Below, piece by piece: positions 1 through 11,140 of a stretch of DNA of 64,000 nt; position 1 is the stretch's first letter, and the number at the start of each line of letters is the position of its first letter. The DNA is taken from positions 77,130,001-77,194,000 of the forward strand of contig NW_024704742.1 in NCBI RefSeq assembly GCF_018977255.1, in the 5' to 3' direction. The position numbers and the translations under genes are program-made. Source of the DNA: Callorhinchus milii (lineage: Eukaryota). The notes below the pieces were generated by a model that did not search any database, was not told where the DNA came from, and worked only from the letters and a program-made list of their open reading frames with translations.

Positions 1-249
1 CATGGTTGATGTAATGTGGTTTGTTAGTGTTAACACTACAGACCTGAATCTAATTTGCCTCGAAATCCTAACCTTACATTAAGGACATAAGCTGGAAAGT
101 GTGTTGAGATCAAAGTGGTTGCAGAAATAATAAGGAGTCTCCTTGAGGCCACATTGCTGGCTATGGGTATGGGAATTGTTACATCCTGTGTGTGTGAGTA
201 TGTGTAGATTAATGTGGTGTTCTGGGTTTTCATGGATATGCCAGATGCT

Positions 250-495
250 TGGGTGGATGGATACAAAATATACAGTCAATTTACAGTATATTCTGTGAAG
301 CACTTTGAGACGTCTCAAAAATTTGATAAGGCGCTATATCAAATGTAAGTATTATTATTATACATTGTCTGTGTGTTACACACAGCATATAATAATGCAG
401 TCACTACACTTTACATTATATCCTATGAAGCACTTTGGGACATCCTCCAGACAAAAAAAGGTGCTTTTCTAAATGTAAGGATTATTATTATTGTA
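250..495 (+). mobile_element. Two tandem 3' fragments of L2-tailed SINE
   Basis: cagtcaatttacagtatattctgtgaagcactttgaga...gcgctatatcaaatgtaag(tat)n motif twice. Confidence 0.75.
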
Positions 496-1239
496 TACTT
501 CTCTCTCACAAAAGCGATGCAAATTGTGGTGAGTGTATTAGACTGAAATGTTGGTTGGTGTTGTTCTTCGAGCCTTTGGTGATGTCTTTACAATAGGATA
601 ATCTCATTATCTTCTGACATTGCTTTTGGTGCTACTTGAAATTGCAGTTCAATTAACCTGTAATTTGATGTAAGTCCATTTTAAGTACCAGTAGAGAAGT
701 ATAGATAACGCTTTTCCAAAAAACAAACCAAAGAGTCAGTGGAGGTATTTTGTCAGCATATTGAAGAGGGAATAGACCATGAAGGAATTGCAGTAGAGCC
801 TGTTAACATAGTATTGGGACTGACTAGTTAGACCAATTGCTAGATATCCCTTTAAAAGTAAATGTACAATTAGAGAATGTTGTGGATTGAGAATCATTAC
901 AGTAATGGGTGATTCCAGTGCTACGTTCCTGTGCTTTTTTCCGTCTTTAGGGAAAAACATTGGGATCAGCTCTTCCTCCCCCCGGTGGCAAAACCATTCC
1001 ATTGCAAGGTGCACTTAAACCCCATTTTAGAAACCGTTCTTAACTGAGTCCAATATTGTTTCAGATCTTCAAAACCTGTGGTTATTGGTGAAATTAAGTC
1101 TTGAAGAACTGAGAGACTTTTTTTTGATGGTGTTGGTGCTGGGTGGGGGGGGGGGGGGACATGGGGGTGTACTGTCATGTGATTCTTAGGATTTTTTTAA
1201 AAAAAGCCTCTGATTTGAATTCCATCGGTCTTGTTGCAG

Positions 1240-1351
1240 AAAGACAATATTGGGAAATGTGTAATAAATGTAACCAGATGAGGCCAAAGCGAACTCACCA
1301 CTGCAGCCGATGTGGGCACTGTGTTCGGAAAATGGATCACCACTGTCCCTG
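1240..1351 (+). CDS. ZDHHC21: ZDHHC21 coding exon (DHHC cysteine-rich domain, catalytic DHHC motif)
   Basis: Acceptor ttgttgcAG (1238-1239), donor GTAAGT at 1352; 112 nt; encodes (E)[36 protein letters not shown](W), matching the vertebrate ZDHHC21 DHHC-CRD. Confidence 0.96.
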
Positions 1352-1719
1352 GTAAGTGTCCTCTGTAACCTTACAGTTAGGCTTTCGGTTTCTGGTTGTA
1401 ATTTACGGACTTTCGCAATCTTCTCCAACTCAAGGAAAATGAATTTGCACCATTGAAGATTTGTTTTCTTCACTTATTAAAAAAAATATTTTGAACTACA
1501 AAATGTGTTCAACCTGCTCACTAGACTGTAAAACTGACTATCGCCCATTCCCTCTTCCTATCCCCCACACGCCCCATTGCTAAAGTGTGGGATGAATTTT
1601 ATGAATCTCACCCACCACGTTAAAGCAAGGCTTCACTGTAATATCACAGACTTAGCTTGAAAATGTTTTTTTCCCCCAAAAGACAGGAAGCCATTGGCAG
1701 ACATTCGTTTAGATTGACT

Positions 1720-2000
1720 TGCATTTGTTTTGTGAATAAATTGTTAAACATGTATAAAATGGTAAGTGGGATTAAAAGGGTAAACCCAGATCCACATTTT
1801 AGGATGCATCAAGACAGTCAGTTTAGCTTTGCAAAGGGCAATTTCTGGACAGATACCAGGAAGTTTTCTTTACTCGGAGGGTAATTAACAACTGGAACAG
1901 GTTGCCAGAAAAGGTGCTAGAGGCCAGGATAGTGGATTTGTTTATAAAGCAGGATGATTTTGTCATGAGAGAGACACTGAGATGGGTTTTCTGGAACAAC
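1720..2000 (+). mobile_element. Decayed CR1-type LINE 3' fragment
   Basis: Resembles the 3' part of the 5134-6570 element (aagggcaatttctggacagataccaggaagttttctttactcggagggt). Confidence 0.55.
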
Positions 2001-2016
2001 AAATAATTGCATTTAT

Positions 2017-3815
2017 ATAATAATAATACTCATAATATATAGCGCACTTCACATCGGGAAGACGTCTCAGGGTGCTGGACAGTCGAGTGTTAGTACCAGT
2101 GCTAGGGGTTGGATTCAGGAGGGTGGGGCCAAAGGGTGAGGGGAAAGATGACAAAGGCGTTGTCTTAAAAAGGGTGGTTTTGAGATCGATCTTAAAGGAC
2201 GTCAAGATGAGGAAGGAAGATGAGTGTCTCCGGGATGGAGTTCCAGAGAGTGGAGGCTGGATGCCAATGGCGGGACAGGCAGGGTGGAGGACATGGAGTA
2301 AGCCAGTGCTAGCCGAGCAGAGGCAACGAGCGGATTGATAGGTTTAAGAAAGTCGCAGAGATAGGGTGGGGCAAAACCGTGGAGGGATTTAAAAGTGAGG
2401 ACGAGGATCTTGAACTCGATCCTCTTGGGGATGGCCAGTGGAGCCTAGTAAAGTTTGGGGTATAGGTACATGAAGCCCAGTGTGGGAGAGGACATCAACT
2501 GCAGAGTTCTGGATGATCTGAAACGTGTGTAGGGAAGAGTTGGGAAGTCCAGCTAGTATAGTCAAGCCTGGACATGAAAGCATGGATGAGGGTCATGGCA
2601 GCCCAAGGGGAGAGCTAGTGCAGAGGTAGGGAATGTTTTGAATGTGGGGGAAAGCTGAACAAGTTAAGAGTACAGATATGGGGTTCAGTGGACAGTTGAG
2701 TCAAACAAAACACCAAGATTCGGTATTAACTCCGTGAGGTGGAGTGTGCATCAATGTAGCTTGATGGTGTCGGCGCATGAGGTGACAAGGCGATGAAAGG
2801 AGCCAAGCAGGAGAACTTTTGTCTTGTTGACATTCAAGTGGAGAAAGTCGGCTCTTATCCAGAACTTGATTTCTCACAGGTAATTAATTGGTCAGGACAG
2901 TAATGTTCATGGAATCAGGTGGAGAAAGAGAAATAGAGTTGGGTGTCATCCACATACATGTAGAAGTTAGCATGTCTGCGGATGACATCGCTGAGTGGAA
3001 GCATGTAAGTATTAAAGAGGAAAAGACTGAGGATAGAGCCCTGAGGAATGCTGCACATGGTGCGAGGGTGGGAGGAGAAGCCGTTGGCAGACACAAAGAG
3101 ACGTGGGATAGGTAAGAAAGAAACCAAGAAAGGACAGAACCGTGAAGGCGGAGCTAAAAGGAAAGGCGGTGGACAAGGATAGAGTGGTCAACAGTATCAA
3201 AGGCAACAGAGGTCAAGAAGGATGAGGAGGCAGAAAGAGAGGCAGAGGGGTTTTGTGCAAGGAACCAAGGAAGCAATGACTTGTTCCAATACTTTAGAGA
3301 GGCAAGGCAAATTGGAGATTAGATAGTAATTAGAATCGAAGGGTTGAGGGAAGGATTTTTGAAGGTGGGGTGATGACAGCTGTTTTGAAGGAGGTGGGAA
3401 CTGTGCCAGTGGACAAAGAGAGGCTGATTATATCTGTTAGCATCGGGGCAATGAGGTGGAGCTGAGCGATCAGGAGAGGGGCGGCGATGGGGTTGAGGGA
3501 GCACGTTGTGGGCTTTATTCAAGAGATGTGAAGGAGAGGAAATAAGAAAAAATGGGGTTGAAGGGGGAAATGAGAGGAGACCGGGGATGGGCAGTAGCAA
3601 GGGCAGAGGGGACAGTCGGATTATCTCCCAACTTTGAACCTGATGAAGTCTGTTATCTCCTTGTGTTTGGAGTTCGAGGAGAAGAATATGCAGGATGTGG
3701 GAAGGTGGATGAAGGAGTGGTGGAGAAGAGGAGCCTGGGTTGTCTTTGGCTTCAGGGTGGAGGGGATGAGATAGGATGGGCTGAAAGGTCTTGTTCACCC
3801 AAATCAATCTTGTGA
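2017..3815 (-). mobile_element. Decayed L2-clade LINE (ORF2 RT fragments)
   Basis: Minus-strand peptides PQGSILSLFLFNTYMLPLSDVIRRH..MYVDDTQLY and LAGLPNSSLHTFQIIQNSA; L2 tail at the 2017 end; many frameshifts. Confidence 0.85.
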
Positions 3816-5133
3816 AGCTTTTTACCGCAGTGATGAATCTTAATCCTTTGATATAACAGAAGTTCTGCCCTCTTGTGGTCAAAAATGAATATTCAGTTAA
3901 TTCTGTGCCTAATCTGCAACAGCTACTCTGTGTGTTTATACAGCACCCTTCACGCAGGATCGTGTCTGGGAGTGCTGAGAGTGGTAGGATTGCACTGTGA
4001 GAGAGGGAGGGGGAAGGGCAGGTGACCATAGGCTGGTCGAAGAGATGGGTTTTAAGGTAGAATTTAAAGATAGATAAGAAAGGGCGACGTGGAGGGATTG
4101 AGGCAATGAGTTCCAGAGGTTAAGGGCTCAGTGGCTGAAAGCATGAGCTCACTGAAGTCTAATGATTAGATATACTGCAGTACTAATGACCTTCAATGGC
4201 TAGAAATGGCTATATATAAAATAATGGAGTAAGATGTACATGGACGTTGCAAAATAGTAATCCTTGTACAGAAGACAGACTTGCACACAAATTCTGTGTG
4301 TGGTGGTCTAGTGCCTTCTAGTGCCTCCCAATGTGAAAGACCCTATATAAATGGAATATGTTGTTGGTGATGGTGGTGGTGGGGAATGGAGAAACTTGAA
4401 ATATGTAATTTCCTTGAAAGCCTGACTGAATTGAATTTCAGCTTCTGAATGTCTTTGCTCACAACATGAGCCCTGGCATTGGTTCACTTTCTTATTTAGA
4501 AATCTCTGAATTGGGACCATTTGCTTCAGGTTATACATACCATGAGGCTATGTGCCAGCCTGCCCCGCATTCACCACCCTGTGATCTAATATAGAGAGCC
4601 ATATCCCACACCTCACTGTATAGTACTAAGGTGTTTTGCATTTGACATAACATCTTATCGCATCATCCAAAATGTTTTGAAGTGCTTCAAGATTTATTGC
4701 AAAGTACAGTGACGGTGTATTTTGCAGACAAATGAGGTATCCAATTTGCATACAGCAATATACCACAAAAGCCATGAACTGAATGACCAATTTAATCTGG
4801 TGGACTGTTGGTCAGGACACCAGGAGAAACTCTTTTTGAATAGGTATCATAGTATTTTTAACATCTACTTGAAATGGCAAATAGGACCTCAATTTAACAT
4901 GTCATCCAAAGGGTGGCAACTCTGATACACATTTACAAACCATAAGTGAGTTGCAGTTGTTCCCATTTGCCAATGTAGTTTAATAAATAGACACATTTTC
5001 AGCATTGGAGAGTCTTATGTTTTTTGACAAGGGTAAATATTTATTGAAGGGATTTCTAAGCTCAACAAATCTGTGTGTCAGGCACCCATCCTAAATTAAC
5101 CAATGTACCTGCCATCCACTTTGTGAGGTCTTT

Positions 5134-6570
5134 TCTATTTAAAAAAGGTGGAAAGGAAAATATGGGGAATTATAGGCGAGTTAGTCTCACATCAGTGATA
5201 GGAAAAATTTTAGAATCATTGATTAAGGATGTGGTAGTGTGGTATTTAGGGGAACACAATATAACTAGGCCAAGTCAACATGGCTTTACAAAAGGGAAGT
5301 CATGTTTGACAAATCTCATAGAGTTTTTTGAGTATATTTTCAGTAAATTAGATAAGTTTGAATCAGTGGATGTGGTCTATTTGGACTTCCAGAAAGCATT
5401 CGATAAGGTGCCGCATAAAAGGTTAGTCCAAAAAATAAGGGCCCATGGAATTGGGGGGAGCATATTAACGTGGATTGGGGAATGGTTAACGGGTAGGAAA
5501 CAAAAAGTAGGGATAAAAGGGTCCTTTTCAGATTGGCGGGATGTGACTAGTGGAGTGCCACAAGGATCAGTCCTTGGGCCTCAGCCATTTACCATCTACA
5601 TCAACGATCTAGATGAGGACATTCAAGCTAACATATCTAAATTTGCGGATGACACAAAATTGGAGGAAGTGTCAACACAGAGGATGACATTAAAAAAATG
5701 CAGCGAGACATAGATAGGTTAGGTGATTGGGCAGGTAGGTGGCAGATGAAGTATAATGTAGGGAAGTGCAAAGTCATCCACCTAAGGTAGCGAGAACAGT
5801 AGAGCGGGTTATTTTTAAAAGGGGAGAGATTGGAATGTGTTAGCGTCCAGAGGGACTTGGGTGTCCTTGTACACCAATCACAGAAAGTTAGTCTGTAGGT
5901 GCAGCAGCAATTAGGAAGGTGAACGGTATGTTAGCATTCATTATGAAAGGATTAGAGTATAAGAGTAGGGAAGTCTTGCTGCAACTGTATAGGGCCCTGG
6001 TGAGACCACACCTGGAATACTGTGTCCAGTTTTGGTCTCCTTATTTAAGGAAGGACGTACTTGCCTTGGAAGGGGTGCAGCGTAGATTTACTAGAGTAGT
6101 ACCAGGAATGAAGGGGATGAGTTAGGAGGGTAAGCTGACCAATTTGTGCCTATATTCTCTAGAATATAGAAGAATTAGAGGGGATCTTATAGAAACCTAT
6201 AAGATCATCAAAGGGCATTATAGAGTAGATAGTGGGAGATTGTTTCCCCTGGTTGGAGAAACTAAAACCAGGGGTCACAACCTTAAAATCAAAGGCCAGC
6301 CCTTTCGCACTGAGTTGAGGAAGAACTTCTTCACTCAAAGGGTGGTGAATGTATGGAACTCATTACCCCAAAAGGTTGTTGACACTCAGTCCTTGAAAAT
6401 ATTTAAGACTGAGATAGATATATTTCTTATTACAAAAGGGATTAAGGGATATGGGGATAATACAGGGTTAGGTTATTAGCTGGAGTTAGATTAGAAAATC
6501 AGCCATGATTGAATGGCGGGGCAGGCTTGAAGGGTCGAATGGCCTATTCCTGCTCCTACATGTTATGTTA
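5134..6570 (+). mobile_element. 5'-truncated CR1-clade LINE (ORF2 reverse transcriptase + 3'UTR)
   Basis: [77 protein letters not shown]; frameshifted across ORFs 5075/5919/6144; ends in (tgtta)2. Confidence 0.95.
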
Positions 6571-7160
6571 AAACCTGAGCTTGTTGGATGGCAAATGACC
6601 AACTAGTGACTATCCTCTTGGGGGGGAGGGAAGTTAATGGGGTCTCCTTGGAGCTGAACTGGCTCGAAGGTGATCTGTTTGGCAATGCATTGTCTGAATG
6701 AAGTCAACCTTCTGTGACGGTCTTGGTAGTTCAGTTCCTGAGCCAGGCGAGTCCACAGTATTCCAGGGCACTGCTGATGACAGGCCATCAGCATCGGCAG
6801 GACTGGAAGGGCACACCAGTCACTGGAAACAGGGACTCTTCCTACTCAGCTCCTGTTAACCCTGCAAGCCAAAGCCCTAATGGATAGAGTGGTCCTAGCT
6901 GGACAAGAAGCAGGAAAGCTTTTTTGGACAGTGCTATCAATAGTGAGCTGTGCGGTTTTAACTGGTTAGCCTCCAGCAGTACCCAAACAAAAACCTGGGC
7001 TCGCGAAGCCTTGGCTCTTGCTAACCTTCTCCAAATGCTCTCCAGAATTAGGTAATCAGGCTTGTCTCTACGGGAAGAGAGTATGCATTCCCTTCCAAAA
7101 TACAAGCATTTCTATGTGTAGGTGGCGTATGTGGAACTCTTAGTTTGGTTTGGATACCTT
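6571..7160 (+). repeat. Unclassified non-coding interspersed repeat, copy A
   Basis: Colinear similarity to 38445-39083; shared blocks ctccagcagtacc, ctccagaattaggtaa, tatgtggaactc, gtttggtttggata. Confidence 0.75.
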
Positions 7161-7336
7161 CCACGTGCGTCAGAGACCTGGCTCACCAAAAAAAAAATTG
7201 CCTTTAAGTTTTGCGTTTTCTTGCATGTTCCTTACGTTTATTGGTTACATGCTGTGGACAGATTATTGTAATTGTAAATTACATCTTTACTTTCCTTCTC
7301 TTGCCCCGTTCCCCCTCTCTCAACCCCCTTTCACAG

Positions 7337-7475
7337 GATCAACAACTGCGTTGGTGAGGACAATCACTGGCTCTTTCTGCAGCTGTGTTTCTATACCCAA
7401 TTCTTAACTTTAATCACACTGTTCCTGGATTTCTCTCAGTATTACTGCCTGCAGCCGATAATAAATGTAAAAGAG
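7337..7475 (+). CDS. ZDHHC21: ZDHHC21 coding exon (end of CRD, TM3)
   Basis: Polypyrimidine tract then cacAG; donor GTAAG at 7476; 139 nt; TG|G completes Trp, then INNCVGEDNHWLFLQLCFYTQFLTLITLFLDFSQYYCLQPIINVKE. Confidence 0.96.
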
Positions 7476-7566
7476 GTAAGAATGCTGCTTAGACATAATT
7501 TTACATTGTTCACTTGAATTGTACAAAGCATGATGTGAAGATTTGTAGGAACATGTCATACAAACT

Positions 7567-8014
7567 TCGAATTCAAGATCCTCATCCTCATCCTCACCTA
7601 CAAGGCCATTCACGGCCTTGCTCCCTCCTACCTCTCCGACCTACTATCCCCCTACCTACCTGCCCGTACCCTCCGTTCCTCTGGCTCCGGTCTGCTCCAC
7701 ATCCCCCGCCCCAACTGCCCTACCATTGGTGGCCGGGCCTTCAGCCTCTCAGCCCCTAGGCTCTGGAACTCTATCTCCCAGTGCCTTCGCCGCCTCCTCC
7801 CTTTCCTCCTTCAAGGCCGGTCTCAAGACCTTTCTCTCTGACCGTGCCTTCAGCTCCCCTCTCGACTCTCTTCCCCCTCCTCGCTCCCTCCCTTCCCTCC
7901 CCTCACCTTGACCATTTCCCCCTTGCTCGGGTCCTGACCCAACTGTACAGCGTCTTGGGATGTCCTCCTGACGTGAATGGCGCTCAATAAATGGAATCTT
8001 GTTGTTGTTGTTGT
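7567..8014 (+). mobile_element. Young L2 LINE 3' end
   Basis: Near-identical to 52479-52915; (ttg)n tail. Confidence 0.92.
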
Positions 8015-8239
8015 TTGGGATGCAGAGGGTGTGACCTGCTGGGAAAGACTGATCCAGGCAGATTGAAGTGAATGAGTATGTTTTATTTTGTAAGTAGTAG
8101 GCTTTAGATTGGCCTCATACAAGCATAGACTCTGTTTTTCACTTTGCAATATAAGTGAAGCACTTTGGGATGACCTCTGATGTGAAGGGTACTATACTAA
8201 ATGTAAGCATTGTCCTTCATACCAAATGTAACCCAACCT

Positions 8240-8750
8240 TTAAACTGAGGTTCCAACTGCCTGCTCAGGTAGATGTTAAATATCCCATGGCACTATTCAA
8301 AAAGAGGAGGGAGTTTCTCCCTGTACCTTGGCCGACAGTTCCCCAAATAAAAAATTGGTCATTCATTTCATGGCAGTCTTGTGTGCAATTGTTTGCCTAT
8401 AATACATGGTCGCTCCATTTCACAGTAAATCCTGTGAAGTGCTTTGAGACATTCGTCTGACATTTATTATTATTATTATTACTATTTTTATTGTTGTTGT
8501 GTCTGTGCTATTGCTGCTGTTTTTTCTCCAAGTTGCTCTCTTTACTTAATCCCAGTTTCCAGCTCTTTTCCCATATAACTTAATGTTTTTACCGCTCAGG
8601 TTCTTATTCTGAATGCTTCTATTGATTCACCCTCAATAATTGAAAGATGAATTTCGCCCACAAAATATACAGTTCACATTACAGTGTATTCTGTGAAGCA
8701 ATTTGAAACGTAATCAGGCGCTATATCAAATGCAAGGATTATTATTAATA
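8240..8750 (+). mobile_element. DeuSINE-type fragment plus a SINE tail
   Basis: aaatatcccatggcactattcaaaaagaggagggagtttctccc Deu-like core; tail at 8650-8750. Confidence 0.7.
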
Positions 8751-9125
8751 GTTACCTGTGGTAATGAATTCCAAACTCTAACATCCCTCTGAGTGAAGAT
8801 TCCTTCTAACTTTTCCCTGGTTTCCAGCTAACAAGCCTTTGGCTGGTTTATGTTTGAAATGTATGCTCTTCCTGGCCTAAAATAAATGATTTGCCTAGAA
8901 GTCTTGGGCCTAGCCTGTTCCATCATAAAGCATTATAAATTGTCTGAGGAGAGCTCCAGTTTCATCCTTCTTGCTTTAACCAGGTTTCAGCATTTAATAC
9001 CCAGTTAGATATGTTAATCAAATTAAACTGGGGTCTTAATTTAATCCTCTTACAATGAGCCTCTTTAAAAATTGTGCCCTTAATACTTTCAGTTTAAGCT
9101 GCAATCATTTCTTCCTCCCCAAAAG

Positions 9126-9242
9126 GAGCAGTTTGTGCTCAGACATGAGCTGGCGTTGCTGCGGATATCCACTTTCATGGCCTTAGTGATGTTCGGAGGG
9201 ATGCTCAGCCTCTTTCACAGTCAGCTGACAGGCATTCTGGCA
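9126..9242 (+). CDS. ZDHHC21: ZDHHC21 coding exon (TM4)
   Basis: ttcttcctccccaaaAG acceptor, GTAAGT donor at 9243; 117 nt, phase 0-0; EQFVLRHELALLRISTFMALVMFGGMLSLFHSQLTGILA. Confidence 0.94.
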
Positions 9243-10070
9243 GTAAGTACGATTCCTGTTATCCTAATGCAGAACCTCCTTGTCTTGGTTTGTGTAGTCT
9301 CGGCGTTTCAGGTAAAACTATTAAATATTGCTGAAAAGTGTCTCCTTATTGAAGTGCAATCTTGGGGACCCCAGAGTGAGCATTGGGATACTGCTGGAGG
9401 TTAAGGCAGCTAAACCACATAACTTGCCATTGAAAGCACTGACTGGCAAGCTTTCCTGCTGCTCCTACCTGTTAGGGCTTCGGCTTACAGGTTAACAGAA
9501 CCTAATTGGGAAGAGTCCCGCCCCCAGTCTGCCACTCCAAATGCTACTGTTGAGCCAAGCTGACATCAGCAGGACCATGTAGTACGTTAGACCCACCTGG
9601 CTCAGGAACCAGACCAGTGGCACCACTGCAGAGGGTTGACTCGATTCCGACCTTCTGATTCCAAACATATCATCTTGGAGCCAGTCAGCTATTTGACCCA
9701 TTGATTTGATGCTGATGCTAACTCTGGAGCTTCCTATGCCAATTCCCTGCTTCAAAAATATTGTGTTATGTTAAAGTAACGAGATAGCCTGATGCGATGA
9801 TGGATTTAAGGATTGAAATCAATTAGGATATGCAAATGCTAAACGGGAATTAAATTTAACTAACAAACTCTACTCGGCAGAATGTTGAGCTAAGTCAACC
9901 CCAATACTCGGGTAATTAGTAATAGATTGAACAACGTCTACTGTATTTTGTTATTGCTGGAGGGGAGTGAAAGGTTTGTTATTTACCTGCTCAGAAACCT
10001 TAATAAAAGAAGACATACTTTTTCTTAAACATTAAATTGCAAATATGTTAGTAGACACAACAATGCCATT

Positions 10071-10354
10071 TAATAATAATAATAATCCTTGCATTTGGTA
10101 TAGCGCTTTTCACATCTAGATGTCTCAAAGCGCTTCACAGAATATACTGTAAAGTGAATTGACTATATTTTGTGGAGAAATGTGGCAGCCAATTGCGCAC
10201 AGCAGTGTCTCATGTACAATCGTGAATTGAAGTGACCAATTTATTATTGTTTTTTTTGAGGGATTACTATCAGGCGTGTGGAACTTACCTAAGGTTTCAC
10301 CCTGTTGGGAACTGAACCCAGGCGAATGCTCTAACCACTGAGCTGCAGGACTCC
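10071..10354 (-). mobile_element. tRNA-head, L2-tail SINE
   Basis: Reverse complement of ggagtcctg(c)agctcagtggttagagca head and (att)n tail. Confidence 0.88.
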
Positions 10355-10937
10355 ATAGTGAAAAGTAGCTACTACATTAGGTCCAGGAGGGCACCCAGCC
10401 ACTTTGGCAGAGGACCAGAGACTGCCTGCTTACCCAGCATTACTGCACCTGAGGAGAGGGTAGACACTGGCAGGGAAAAAAGAACATTCCAAATAATATC
10501 TAGCTTTAAAAGGGTATCATTGCAAGAAACATGTAGGGAAAAAAAGTTAGTTTTAAATGTCTGCATGAATATCTGTGATATATATGTGTGTGTGTTTCTA
10601 TAAAGTACACAATGATATTTGTCCATCAGTGTTAGAATTGGATATGATCAAGATGGTTATCATAAGGAGATGCAAATAGTGACCAGCACTGGCAAATACA
10701 ATGCTCCAAATGAGAGTCAAATTTAATATGAGAACAGTAGAAGATCAAGAATATTCTGACTGGACTGTTCAGTTGGGAAGAGAGAACTTTCTGTACATCA
10801 AATAGGAAGAATGAATTTCTCAGAGAATGTTGAAGCCAAGTAAACATTGTGAATTATATTTTCATCCAATCTGTTGTTGATCATGATGTTGAAGCATTAA
10901 ACAAGATAACAATACAATGAGGCAACAGTTAGAGTCC

Positions 10938-11140
10938 ATAACAACAACAACAAAATTACATTTGTATAGCGCCTTTCATGTCGGGAGGACGTCCCAAGGC
11001 GCTGGACAACAGAGTTACAGACTCGAGCTGGGGGTCGGGGAGGGTGGAGGGCAGGGGGAAAGCAGGGAGATCGAAAGCATGGTCGAAGGGGAGAGTCTTG
11101 AGGTGGGTCTTAAAGGTGGTGAGGGAGTGGGTGAGGGGTA
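10938..11140 (-). mobile_element. L2 LINE 3' end
   Basis: (aac)n then tagcgcctttcatgtcgggaggacgtcccaaggcgctggaca. Confidence 0.85.

Noticed and set aside
1143..1239. 5' part of ORF 1143-1355 as coding sequence
   Set aside because: Intronic read-through upstream of the acceptor; homology starts at 1240
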